From assembly GCA_036153155.1 (NCBI GenBank), contig JAYZMM010000017.1, positions 1,292 through 65,291 on the forward strand: a stretch of DNA of 64,000 nt, in the 5' to 3' direction. The stretch is from Planctomycetota bacterium. GTDB lineage: Bacteria; Planctomycetota; Planctomycetia; Pirellulales; UBA7805. The translations under genes were made by a program, and so were the position numbers. Under the pieces are notes generated by a model that worked only from the letters and a program-made list of their open reading frames with translations, made no database searches and was not told where the DNA came from. This document shows, piece by piece, positions 9,419-18,643 of this stretch (position 1 is its first letter; each line of letters begins with the position of its first letter).

Positions 9419-11272
9419 AGTGATCGGAGTGGACTTTGCGTTGCTCCTTAAAATTTGAGACACGATGTTTATCGTCGTATCATTTTTTAAAATTTCAGTA
9501 TGGATCGCATCGACAAAAAAGGTTTGGCCGGAAGGTGGTGTGGTTGCACTCTCAATAGTAATCACTCCATCAGAGGGACCCATCCGTGAATAAAACGATC
9601 CACCGGTCCCCGCTATCGCATAGCTATTCACCCACGGTGCGAGCGGAAGACATTGAATTGCCTGCAGAAGAGGGTTGTCCGGATTCATCAAGTCAATGCT
9701 TGTCGGACTTCTGCGTCGAAGCGTCTTATTAAATGCATCAGGATTTTTCTGAATTAAACTTTTGTGAAATTGTGTTTGTTGAGGAGAGTATTTCACTATT
9801 TTCGATGCAATCTTTCCTGTAGCACGTTTTGCCCACGGAGAACCCTCATTGGGGGTCGCAATAAAAATGGCCGTATGAATGGAGGAGGATGGTGTAAAGA
9901 AAAATTGCTCGGCAAGACGATGACGCTCCTCGGAACTTGCTACAATTTCATTAAACGGTACACGAGCAACACTATTCCATAATGTGTTTCCGCTGCTTGT
10001 AACCTGCATTTTTGCGATAAGGCCACCAAGACTATGTCCGATGATTACCATTTTATCCAGTTTGTTGGTTGGGTGTTGGGCGCGACAATAGGCTTGTAGC
10101 GAAACCAGTTGATTTCGAAGTTGTGCGGCTGACAAAAAGAAATTGCCTCCCGTCGGATAACGATATACCCAAATTTGATAAGCATCATGTAAATCAGATT
10201 GTGCACGAATCTGATTTGCCATCTCCAGATAAGTCTGAGGATCTGAAAACAATCCATGCACGAAAAGAATGGGTATTTTTTCAGGTTGATAAGGTTCCAG
10301 CATTCTCAACCCGGCCAAGCTTGGATCGGTTTCAGGTCGGATATATTCTTTGACTGGATTCCAATTTTTTTCCTGGCCCAAAAATCCCAGAGGGGACGTG
10401 ATATCGGATGCCAGTTGGTAGGTAGCACCTTCATGCCGAACGTGCATTACTTGATGGGGATCGTAAAGCACTAAACCGACCTCACCAATATTATGTGGGT
10501 ATTCGATTCGTAAACGTGCTAACCAAGGTTTCACATTCGGAAATAAAATTGCGGTGGCAGCAAAGGGCGTTTGATTCAAAAAGTAGTTATTCGATTTACT
10601 TTGCTGACAATTATTTTTGCGAAGCGCCACCACAGGGCAACCTAAACCGCATTCGACATACTGATGTCTCAAGTTGGTGTCGTAGTAATATCCAACCGGA
10701 ACAAGCTCGTTGAAACTATCTGAGGGCCAGACAAACTCATTCAATCGTATAGGCAGCCACTCAAGCCCCACCGGAGTTTGTACCAGCAACCCTTTTTGAA
10801 GATCTAGACGACCTGATCTTTGACCATTGACAAGTACCTCGGTAAGACTCGAGTGATAAATATCCCATGCTCTCTCCGTTTTTTTATCGTACTGAGATAA
10901 CTTTCGGTATTGAGAGATGAATATCCAGCTTCTTACTAACGCTGCGTAGTACGCGTCAACAGCCTGTGCTGATGATTTAGTTTTGCGAGCCGATTCATAC
11001 GATTGCTCCATCTCGTCAAGAAGCATGGCAGAGCAATCCGTGGCAGAAAAATTATCTTTTTGCCGAAAACATATTTCCGATACCTTAGCCAATTCGCAAG
11101 AACGGAAGTTTGAATCAGCTGGGATAGGTGAGCTCCAGATGTGTTTCTTTTGACATAGATGGCATCCACTTCCACATAGCACACCGAAGGCGGAGAACAG
11201 GAGGAGGAGACGTCTCCATGGACGGGCACAATCGAATGGTTTTACGGCAGAAATATTCATAAATCCTCCCAA
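9407..11272 (-). CDS. Putative lipoprotein, alpha/beta-hydrolase (lipase/esterase-like) C-terminal domain
   Basis: Signal/lipobox-like N-terminus (LLLLFSAFGVLCGSGC) and nucleophile elbow GHSLGG in VIIGHSLGGLIAKM. The 3' end overlaps the convergent kinase gene by 12 nt. Confidence 0.65.
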   Translation of the reverse strand: MGGFMNISAVKPFDCARPWRRLLLLFSAFGVLCGSGCHLCQKKHIWSSPIPADSNFRSCELAKVSEICFRQKDNFSATDCSAMLLDEMEQSYESARKTKSSAQAVDAYYAALVRSWIFISQYRKLSQYDKKTERAWDIYHSSLTEVLVNGQRSGRLDLQKGLLVQTPVGLEWLPIRLNEFVWPSDSFNELVPVGYYYDTNLRHQYVECGLGCPVVALRKNNCQQSKSNNYFLNQTPFAATAILFPNVKPWLARLRIEYPHNIGEVGLVLYDPHQVMHVRHEGATYQLASDITSPLGFLGQEKNWNPVKEYIRPETDPSLAGLRMLEPYQPEKIPILFVHGLFSDPQTYLEMANQIRAQSDLHDAYQIWVYRYPTGGNFFLSAAQLRNQLVSLQAYCRAQHPTNKLDKMVIIGHSLGGLIAKMQVTSSGNTLWNSVARVPFNEIVASSEERHRLAEQFFFTPSSSIHTAIFIATPNEGSPWAKRATGKIASKIVKYSPQQTQFHKSLIQKNPDAFNKTLRRRSPTSIDLMNPDNPLLQAIQCLPLAPWVNSYAIAGTGGSFYSRMGPSDGVITIESATTPPSGQTFFVDAIHTEILKNDTTINIVSQILRSNAKSTPITSLP

Positions 11273-11494
11273 ACTTTATCGAACAAAAGTAAACGCCAGC
11301 TTGTTCCGAAGGGGAATGGTGCTGGTCATTTGGTTTGCTACAAATATGTGCAACCCATCGAAATTAGGATCTGTAGGCAGCAAGCAATACAACCGGTAAC
11401 TGATGGTTCCGATTTTAATGCCAATAGGGCCGTCATACTCCAAGTCGGATGATTGCTCGAAATTCAAATGCAGACGACCACAACGAGGCGATCA

Positions 11495-11677
11495 ATGATG
11501 GAAGAAGAGGGATCGTACATCTGTAGTGCGTGCGGAGAAGAAATTGTTATTCCGCTGGATGTTTCTGCCGGAAAGGAACAGGAGTATGTGGAAGACTGCC
11601 CGGTCTGTTGTAGACCCCATCTACTTCAAATCACTTGGTACCATGAAGTCGCCGAAATAATGGCGAAGCCTGAATAA
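11495..11677 (+). CDS. CPXCG-motif cysteine-rich small protein (zinc-ribbon-like)
   Basis: CSACG...CPVCC cysteine pairs. I chose the start at the MM pair (11495), giving about 60 aa as is typical for this family. The ORF track start is 11453. Confidence 0.6.
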   Translation: MMEEEGSYICSACGEEIVIPLDVSAGKEQEYVEDCPVCCRPHLLQITWYHEVAEIMAKPE

Positions 11678-11777
11678 TGGGTGTGTCGATTTAATGAACC
11701 CGTGGTCCTTTTGGATGTCGGGATTGCTCTTTAAACTGGGATTTAAGGTCGTAAGCAGCCACACTTGAAATATTGAT

Positions 11778-13067
11778 GTGTTGACGATGCTCCAAATATC
11801 CATCTACCGGATACTACTCATTACAGTTGTTCTTGTTGTCTCAGGATGCAACAACGGTGAGGGCGTTTACTCTCCAACCACAAAAAATATTTTGTCGAAA
11901 GCATTTCGTCCGATTGAGATTAAATCGGGTGACTGGCCCTGGTGGCGGGGTCCGACCCACGATGGAATTGCAGAAAACCAGTCGGTGCCGCAACACTGGA
12001 ATGAAGAAAAAAATATTCTTTGGAAAACGGCGGTTCCCGGAAAGGGCCACGCAAGTCCCATTGTTGTTGAGGATCGTATTTTTTTGACAACCGCTAATCA
12101 TGAAACTAATAAGATTTCGCTACTGTGCTATGACCGAAAATCGGGGAGTCTTCTCTGGGAGAAAGAGATTCACCGAGGCCCCTTCATGCATATGCATAAA
12201 AAAAATTCGCAAGCTTCTGCCACGCCTGCATGGGACGGGAAATATGTTTTTGTGGTGTTTATGATCGACGATGGCATTTATGTCACTGCTTTGGATCGAG
12301 ATGGCAATATTGTTTGGCAGACTCGCGCAGGAGACTTCGACTCCAAACACGGATATGGATCCTCGCCGTTTTTGTATAAATCACTGTTGATTGTAAATGG
12401 TGATAATCAGGGAACTGGATTCTTGGCTGCGCTGGATCGAAATACGGGCAAAATCATTTGGCGGATTGATCGTAAAAATAACTCCAGCTTTGCAACACCC
12501 GTAGTAGCAACTATTGATGGTGTCGATCAATTGTTACTAAGTGGCCACAACACCGTGTGTAGTTATAACCCAGAGAGTGGTGCCTTACGTTGGCAGTCAG
12601 AAGGGCCAGCGGCAACAACTGCGAATACGATGCTTTGGTACAAGGGGTTGGTGTTTGCCAGTGGTGGATGGCCTGAACATAATTTGATGGCAGTGCGAGC
12701 TGATGGAAGTGGTAAGATCGCTTGGCAAAAGGGTATCAAATCCTATGTCCCCTCGCCGGTTTTGATCGGAGATCGGCTATTGGTGGTTCAGGACGCAAAC
12801 ATCGTCCGGCTGTTTGATCCAGAATCCGGGAAGGAATTCTGGAAAGAACGGTTAGGGCGTCGCGGATATTCAGCCTCACCAACCGTGGTGGGGAACGTAG
12901 TGTACTTGCCGGATGAGACCGGTGAAGTTCATGTGTTCCGTGCGGGAGATACCTTTGAAAAAATTGCTAGCAACCGCCTTGAAGGCGATGGCATGGCAAG
13001 TCCTGTAATCTGCGGGGGTAAAATATATTTGCGTACTTCCTCGCATCTCTATTGTATCGGTCAGTAA
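11778..13067 (+). CDS. PQQ-like beta-propeller repeat lipoprotein (BamB-like fold)
   Basis: GTG start and lipobox VVSGC. Repeated W-containing blades (LLWEKEI, IVWQTRAG, IIWRIDR, LRWQSEG, IAWQKG, FWKERL) are typical of PQQ-like repeats. Confidence 0.7.
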   Translation: MLTMLQISIYRILLITVVLVVSGCNNGEGVYSPTTKNILSKAFRPIEIKSGDWPWWRGPTHDGIAENQSVPQHWNEEKNILWKTAVPGKGHASPIVVEDRIFLTTANHETNKISLLCYDRKSGSLLWEKEIHRGPFMHMHKKNSQASATPAWDGKYVFVVFMIDDGIYVTALDRDGNIVWQTRAGDFDSKHGYGSSPFLYKSLLIVNGDNQGTGFLAALDRNTGKIIWRIDRKNNSSFATPVVATIDGVDQLLLSGHNTVCSYNPESGALRWQSEGPAATTANTMLWYKGLVFASGGWPEHNLMAVRADGSGKIAWQKGIKSYVPSPVLIGDRLLVVQDANIVRLFDPESGKEFWKERLGRRGYSASPTVVGNVVYLPDETGEVHVFRAGDTFEKIASNRLEGDGMASPVICGGKIYLRTSSHLYCIGQ

Positions 13068-13107
13068 GTTAGTGCGTTAAATCAGGTTTATTGTACGCCA
13101 CCTGAAA

Positions 13108-14568
13108 TCAACGACTCTGTGTCCCACGAAAATGGCGATCGGTAAAATCAAGATATTGCGTCCAGTCGTATAACGTAATGTCGTGTGAACCACTTCGAAG
13201 GTGATAACCCATGGTTCCTTGCACAGGTTGATCGGGGTCCGGCATGCGATCAACCGGCAATCCAGGGGTTCCCAGCATTTTGTAGACTGGGTCGGCATAT
13301 AGCAGGGATAAAAACTCGCCTTTAGGGTCGGCCCACAAATCTTCCGTCGCACTTGCTACGTACACCGGACGAGGTGCAATAAGCGACACCAACATGTGCT
13401 GATCCACTGGAAGTTCATCTTCTCGTTGATTGTATTTTTTAAAGTTTGTACAGAACCAATGTGGAAAATTCATATTGATTGCCTGCACTGTTTCGCCAAA
13501 TTGACGGCGGCTTAGAGCTGCCCCGCCACAGCCAGAATTATTAGAAATAACTACAGCAAAGCGTTTATCTTGTGCCCCAGCCCACAAGGCTGTTTTACCG
13601 AGTCTGGAATGCCCAATGACTGCTGCTCGCGTATGATCGATTTCCGACTCTTGTTCCAGGTAGTCTAAGATTCGGCTGAGACCCCAACTCCATGCCCCGA
13701 TCGTTCCCCACGTTTCTTCCGCTTGTGCGACCGAATGTCCATCGGCAAACAAGGGATGAATACCGTTTTTGTACCCATCATCAAAATCGGGATCTATATC
13801 TCCACAATGTGCGGTCGCGACCGCATATCCTCGCTCAATAATGTGCGCAAGAGGCCAACGTGATTTTTTCTTACCACGTGATGCGACGGTCGCCCGATGA
13901 TCGATCACGCCCTCGTCCTCAGACCCGATGGTCCAGTTTGTATGTAGCCCGATGGCTGGATCCGGGTTGATCGATGCATTGCCGATAAAATTCAATCCGA
14001 CAAATACCGGGGCAGCCTGTTCACAATCCACCGGTCGATAGAGCAGTACATTAATTGTGGCGGTCGATCCGTTTCGTCCCATGGAAATTGCGACTTGTTT
14101 GCGCTCCGCCCTTCCGTCTAATGCCGGTGTCCAATCTTCAGTCACTGTGTATTCGGGTTTCAATGGCTGAGCCGGTTTTTTTCCATATACCTCGCGCTCG
14201 AAAGAGTTCAGAATTTCTTTGCGGCGATGTGTCCACGCATCCGCCGAATCGATTTTTTGCCCGCTTTCCGCGCGTAGTGGATCCGGAAGTTTATAGACTG
14301 GCACTTTCTGCTCATCATAGTTTTGGCCAAACGCTTGGCCTGGAAATGTCATCATGAAAAATACCCACTGATAGATCGTTGCTAGATTTAATATTGCAAG
14401 TAAACGACTCCGGAAATTCTGTTTTTTAAGCCCCTTTTGTTCGCTGCTGCATCCGAGGAGGGTTGACGTTAGCAAATCATTTTTTAGGCTGAATGCCAGA
14501 GATTTCTGGGCAGGTAACATGGTATTTTCCCGGTCCCGGATAAGTTGAAACATCATCCACGTACGCAA
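13108..14568 (-). CDS. Carbohydrate esterase family 15-like (glucuronoyl esterase-like) alpha/beta hydrolase
   Basis: GHSRLGKTALWAGAQD matches the G-x-S-R-x-G-K nucleophile motif of CE15 enzymes. The start is uncertain: ATG at 14520 is more likely, because only 28 bp separate 14568 from the divergent peroxiredoxin gene. Confidence 0.6.
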   Translation of the reverse strand: MRTWMMFQLIRDRENTMLPAQKSLAFSLKNDLLTSTLLGCSSEQKGLKKQNFRSRLLAILNLATIYQWVFFMMTFPGQAFGQNYDEQKVPVYKLPDPLRAESGQKIDSADAWTHRRKEILNSFEREVYGKKPAQPLKPEYTVTEDWTPALDGRAERKQVAISMGRNGSTATINVLLYRPVDCEQAAPVFVGLNFIGNASINPDPAIGLHTNWTIGSEDEGVIDHRATVASRGKKKSRWPLAHIIERGYAVATAHCGDIDPDFDDGYKNGIHPLFADGHSVAQAEETWGTIGAWSWGLSRILDYLEQESEIDHTRAAVIGHSRLGKTALWAGAQDKRFAVVISNNSGCGGAALSRRQFGETVQAINMNFPHWFCTNFKKYNQREDELPVDQHMLVSLIAPRPVYVASATEDLWADPKGEFLSLLYADPVYKMLGTPGLPVDRMPDPDQPVQGTMGYHLRSGSHDITLYDWTQYLDFTDRHFRGTQSR

Positions 14569-14596
14569 AACATAAGTTTTAAAAAGTGAGGAACGA

Positions 14597-15181
14597 ATGT
14601 CGATTATAGGTCAAGCGGCCCCAGATTTTTCAATGGAAGCGGTCGAAAAAGGATCTTTCAAGCAAGTTAGTCTTAAAGATTATGAGGGAAAGTGGCTGAT
14701 TCTTTTTTTCTATCCGCTTGATTTCACTTTTGTTTGCCCGACGGAAATTCTGGCATTTTCAAAAGCAGTCGATCGCTTCAAAAATTTAAACGCCGAATTG
14801 CTGGGCGTAAGCGTGGACAGTAAATTTACTCACTTGGCCTGGACGGAGAAACCGCAGGCAGAGGGTGGAATTGCGGGGCTTGAATATCCACTTGCTTCCG
14901 ATTTAAGCAAACAGGTTGCAACCCGATACAACGTGTTAGCCGCCGGTGGTGTAGCGCTACGCGGATTATTTATCGTTGATCCAAAAGGGATTATTCAACA
15001 TGCAACAGTGAATAATCTTGCAGTTGGGCGGTCTGTGGATGAAACGCTACGAGTACTGCAGGCATTTCAATATGTTGCCGAGCATGGTGAAGTTTGTCCT
15101 GCCGGATGGGAACCAGGAGCCGCAACCATGAAGGCTGATTGGGATGGTTCGAAGGAATACTTCAAATCTGCCAGCGCATAA
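14597..15181 (+). CDS. Typical 2-Cys peroxiredoxin (AhpC/Tsa family)
   Basis: FFYPLDFTFVCPTEI peroxidatic-Cys motif and C-terminal EVCPAGW resolving Cys. Confidence 0.93.
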   Translation: MSIIGQAAPDFSMEAVEKGSFKQVSLKDYEGKWLILFFYPLDFTFVCPTEILAFSKAVDRFKNLNAELLGVSVDSKFTHLAWTEKPQAEGGIAGLEYPLASDLSKQVATRYNVLAAGGVALRGLFIVDPKGIIQHATVNNLAVGRSVDETLRVLQAFQYVAEHGEVCPAGWEPGAATMKADWDGSKEYFKSASA

Positions 15182-15248
15182 GCTAATGAGCTTTTATTAG
15201 AAATTCGCCGAGCAATAACAATCGGTGGATTATTTCTTTGCTTTTATC

Positions 15249-15294
15249 ATCGGCGGTAATTCATACTGATTGTGAATTACCGCCGATATTTTTT
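15249..15294 (+). terminator. Rho-independent terminator downstream of the peroxiredoxin gene
   Basis: Perfect 15-bp stem: ATCGGCGGTAATTCA (15249..15263) and TGAATTACCGCCGAT (15273..15287), with a 9-nt loop. The stem is followed by A and a T6 tract (15289..15294). Confidence 0.8.
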
Positions 15295-15306
15295 GGGGTT
15301 ATACCA

Positions 15307-15855
15307 GTGCGAGCCAAAATCATTCGTTTACTCTTTATTCCTACACTGTTGTGGAATGTGTTTCTTGGCCGACTGCTAAAGGTTCGACACTGGTGGGATG
15401 CACTTACAGAAGAACCTATTCTCCTCGGTGCGCTGCCCTTTTCACGCGATGTGCCTCACTTGCAAGCGGAAGGTGTGACCGGGGTTATTAACATGTGTAT
15501 TGAATATCCTGGGCCAAAAATTGCCTATGAAAAGGCGGGGATTGAGCAACTATGGCTACCCACAGTAGATTTCACACCACCCACCATGAGCGACATTCAG
15601 CACGCAATTAATTTTATTGAGCGTCACGAAAATGGTGGTGGAAAGGTGTATGTCCATTGCAAAGCGGGAAGAGGGCGTAGCGCTACGGTAGCACTTTGTT
15701 GGATCATGTATCGTCGCGGATTTACGCCTGAGGAAGCAGCGGTCTGGTTGGCACGCCAGCGGCCCCACATTAATCGCGATTTAGCAGAGCGGTCTGTCGT
15801 CCAGAGTTTTCACCAAGCCTTATCAGCAGGTGAAAAATTCTCAAGGGATAATTAA
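15307..15855 (+). CDS. PTPMT1-like dual-specificity phosphatase (Cys-X5-Arg P-loop)
   Basis: VHCKAGRGRSAT active-site loop and an N-terminal LLFIPTLLWNVF...ILLGALPF pattern like PTPMT1/PLIP. I moved the start from the TTG at 15238 to the GTG at 15307 because the terminator hairpin lies inside the longer ORF. Confidence 0.75.
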   Translation: MRAKIIRLLFIPTLLWNVFLGRLLKVRHWWDALTEEPILLGALPFSRDVPHLQAEGVTGVINMCIEYPGPKIAYEKAGIEQLWLPTVDFTPPTMSDIQHAINFIERHENGGGKVYVHCKAGRGRSATVALCWIMYRRGFTPEEAAVWLARQRPHINRDLAERSVVQSFHQALSAGEKFSRDN

Positions 15856-18596
15856 CGTTTTTTCTGCTGCAATTGGCGCACGGTTTCGGTAAGTGTGTAC
15901 TGAAGATAACGATCCATTGGCTGATCCAGCGCGCGGAGCGCAATTTCCAACGGTTCAGGACCCTGAAAAAAACTACAGGCACGTACTGCCTCTAGTCGCA
16001 CACGAGGATGCGGGTCCTGAACGGATCTTTCAAGTAAGGCAAGTGGATCCGTAAGATCTTCTCTCCATGCTGCTAGAACCCGCACAGCGGCGGATCGCAC
16101 GCGGAAATCCGGACTTTGAAGTAAAGAATTTAAAAGTTTTGAGTTGGGACGATGGTGTTGTTGATACACCCACAAACCCTCAAGTAATTGCCGTTGGTAT
16201 TCTGGATCGTTTTGATCGAGATCAGAAATCCATGTTTGAAGCGTCGAAATAACATCATCGCTGTCTCGCTCGCTCAGCTCAATTCGTGATCGATACCGGA
16301 CCCGCTTTTCCCGAGACTTGAGAAGATCTAGAAGTGCTTCGATGGGTTGACCGTCTATGGCTATTTTTGAAGCGTAGGGCCGCGACGGATAAGTGATGCG
16401 ATACACCCTGCCGTGCTTATTGTCTCTACTAGGATCGCGAATATGATGCTGCATATGGCCGATAATGGGATTTTGCCAATCAGAAAAATAGACGGCTCCC
16501 TCGGGTCCAACTTCGATGTCTGTGGGTCGAAAATTTCGATCTGTTGATCGCACCAGAAATGGTTCCTCAAAGCCGGCGAAACTACTATCTTTTTCATCCA
16601 GGCGATATCGGAGAATGCCTTGAAAACCGATCACATTACCGACCAATAAATCCCCCTGGTAGGAATCTGGAAAGTGTTCGGTCGCAATAATTTCGACTCC
16701 TGGACAAGGGCGGGTTTTCCTTTGGTAAAGCAGCGGGCTTGATGGTTTGTCGCGCCGTTTATTGGGGTAATCAATGTGTCCGGAAATGATTGCCGCATGG
16801 TAAGGATAAGACGTTGTGCCGTCGTATACAAAATTCTGCCCCCAACTGTCAAAAACATGTCCGTGTGGATTTGCAAAATTATATGGAATAAATCTCTCTA
16901 CTTCCCAGGTTCTAGGGTCGAATTTCCAAATACAACCATCACGATTCCGCACCGCACCGTATGGGGTCTCAATTTGAGTCCGGTGGAAGATGCCTTCGCC
17001 AAAATAAATATTTCCATCGGGACCAAAAACAAAACTATTTGCAGCATGGTGGGTGTCGCCCGAAGACAATCCATGTAACACACGCATCCGTATATCTGCG
17101 ACATCGTCACCGTCCGTATCTTTCAAAAATAGCAGGTCGGGTGCCGTTGCCACGAAGACTCCCCCGCCCCAGAACTCGAAACCTGTCGGATTATGCAATC
17201 CATCGGCAAAGGTTTTGCAGCTATCGGCTTTTCCATCTCCATCGGTATCCTCAAGAATTAGTAATTTGTCATCCATCACATCCCCCGGTTTCCAGTGAGG
17301 ATAGCTGGGCCAAGTGGCAACAAACAAACGATCTTTCGTGTCAAATGCCATTTGGACCGGATTGATCAAATCTGGAAACTGCTCCTCTGAAGCAAAAAGA
17401 TTAATGGCAGTTCCATCGGCGAGAGTCATTTTACCTATAGCCTCTTCGCCACCGAGAAACAGATGCTCACCAGCGGGACCCTTACCGGGCGCGTTTGTCT
17501 TCACATCGTATTGAGGTGGTAAATTACTATCGTCGATTACCGCCGTATTGCCTTTGGCAGTTTCCCAAATAACTGCATCCCGATTGGTGGTCATTTGGTC
17601 AAGAATGTCGAGTTCCCGCTGCATTACCTCTCGATTACTAAGGTCATCAATATATTTTAAATCTGCCCGATTCCCGTGCACGTTGTAACCATCAGTAGGT
17701 TGATAGCGGTGGAACCAATGAAAGTTTTTATCTTGAATAACTGCGCGTAACGTCGCCAAATTAGTCGGTTCGTTTTGCTCTGAGCTCACGGGAAGTAACG
17801 CGTCGGCAATAATTTGCCCTAATCTACGGTTCCCATAATTTGTGAGATGAATGCCATTGATTGTCCATTGGATGTCGTCGTCCTGATATCCCTCAAGAGT
17901 CGGTGTAAACAAATCGACATAATGAACATTCGTTTCCTTTGCAACATTAGAGATAGCGTCGGCATAAAGCCTTAATCGACGATTATTTTCCACGCCATCG
18001 GGTAAATTCGCCTGCTTGAGATCCTCATGCGCGATCGGAGAAAATAGAACGATTTGTGGCGGATTTTTCCCGTTGTAATTCTCCGCTTTCAGTTGATTTA
18101 CAAATTTGCGCAGCGTTTGCTTAAACTGGTCTACTTTCGACTTACCGGCGAATGATTCATTAAATCCAAAAAAGGCAAAAACCCAGTCCGGTTTAGTTTT
18201 CTTCAGCCATTCGTCTTGTGAGCCATATCCGGTGACTCTTAATCTTTCGTCTACGCTATCTGCCGAAAAACCAAGATTACGGAATGATAATTTTTTCCCG
18301 ATGGCCCGATCTTGAATCAGAGTTTCCATCCAAGCATCATGCTGCATTCGCTCAGCGAGTGTTCCACCCAAAATGACAACGCGATCCCCATTATTAAACG
18401 TCACGCCGCTCGGTAGAGATTCGCTCTTTCCTGAAAACACTTGCTGAATCGTGAGGACCAGGAAAATAGAAAAAACTGTGCAATAAATGGTGAAACGTAT
18501 TTTTTTTCTTGACTGCATAATGTATTGCCAATCAGGGATATATAAGCGATGGACTCCGAATTGGATAATTTTACGCTGCCTAATACAGAAACGCAA
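15852..18596 (-). CDS. Large secreted/membrane-anchored protein: SGNH-like domain + beta-propeller (membrane-bound-dehydrogenase-type) domain + C-terminal HEAT repeats
   Basis: SGNH blocks are recognisable but altered (GGTL, NLGFSAD, GFNES, NGIH). The central region has DGDGKAD / DTDGDDVAD propeller-type loops. The C-terminus has HEAT/PBS-like repeats (VRSAAVRVLA, PRVRLEAVRA). The likely true start is MQSRKK at 18518. Confidence 0.6.
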   Translation of the reverse strand: MRFCIRQRKIIQFGVHRLYIPDWQYIMQSRKKIRFTIYCTVFSIFLVLTIQQVFSGKSESLPSGVTFNNGDRVVILGGTLAERMQHDAWMETLIQDRAIGKKLSFRNLGFSADSVDERLRVTGYGSQDEWLKKTKPDWVFAFFGFNESFAGKSKVDQFKQTLRKFVNQLKAENYNGKNPPQIVLFSPIAHEDLKQANLPDGVENNRRLRLYADAISNVAKETNVHYVDLFTPTLEGYQDDDIQWTINGIHLTNYGNRRLGQIIADALLPVSSEQNEPTNLATLRAVIQDKNFHWFHRYQPTDGYNVHGNRADLKYIDDLSNREVMQRELDILDQMTTNRDAVIWETAKGNTAVIDDSNLPPQYDVKTNAPGKGPAGEHLFLGGEEAIGKMTLADGTAINLFASEEQFPDLINPVQMAFDTKDRLFVATWPSYPHWKPGDVMDDKLLILEDTDGDGKADSCKTFADGLHNPTGFEFWGGGVFVATAPDLLFLKDTDGDDVADIRMRVLHGLSSGDTHHAANSFVFGPDGNIYFGEGIFHRTQIETPYGAVRNRDGCIWKFDPRTWEVERFIPYNFANPHGHVFDSWGQNFVYDGTTSYPYHAAIISGHIDYPNKRRDKPSSPLLYQRKTRPCPGVEIIATEHFPDSYQGDLLVGNVIGFQGILRYRLDEKDSSFAGFEEPFLVRSTDRNFRPTDIEVGPEGAVYFSDWQNPIIGHMQHHIRDPSRDNKHGRVYRITYPSRPYASKIAIDGQPIEALLDLLKSREKRVRYRSRIELSERDSDDVISTLQTWISDLDQNDPEYQRQLLEGLWVYQQHHRPNSKLLNSLLQSPDFRVRSAAVRVLAAWREDLTDPLALLERSVQDPHPRVRLEAVRACSFFQGPEPLEIALRALDQPMDRYLQYTLTETVRQLQQKKR

Positions 18597-18643
18597 AGGC
18601 AGCGATGCTGCTCGAAATTAACAAACCGGCAGCCAGACTTTCA

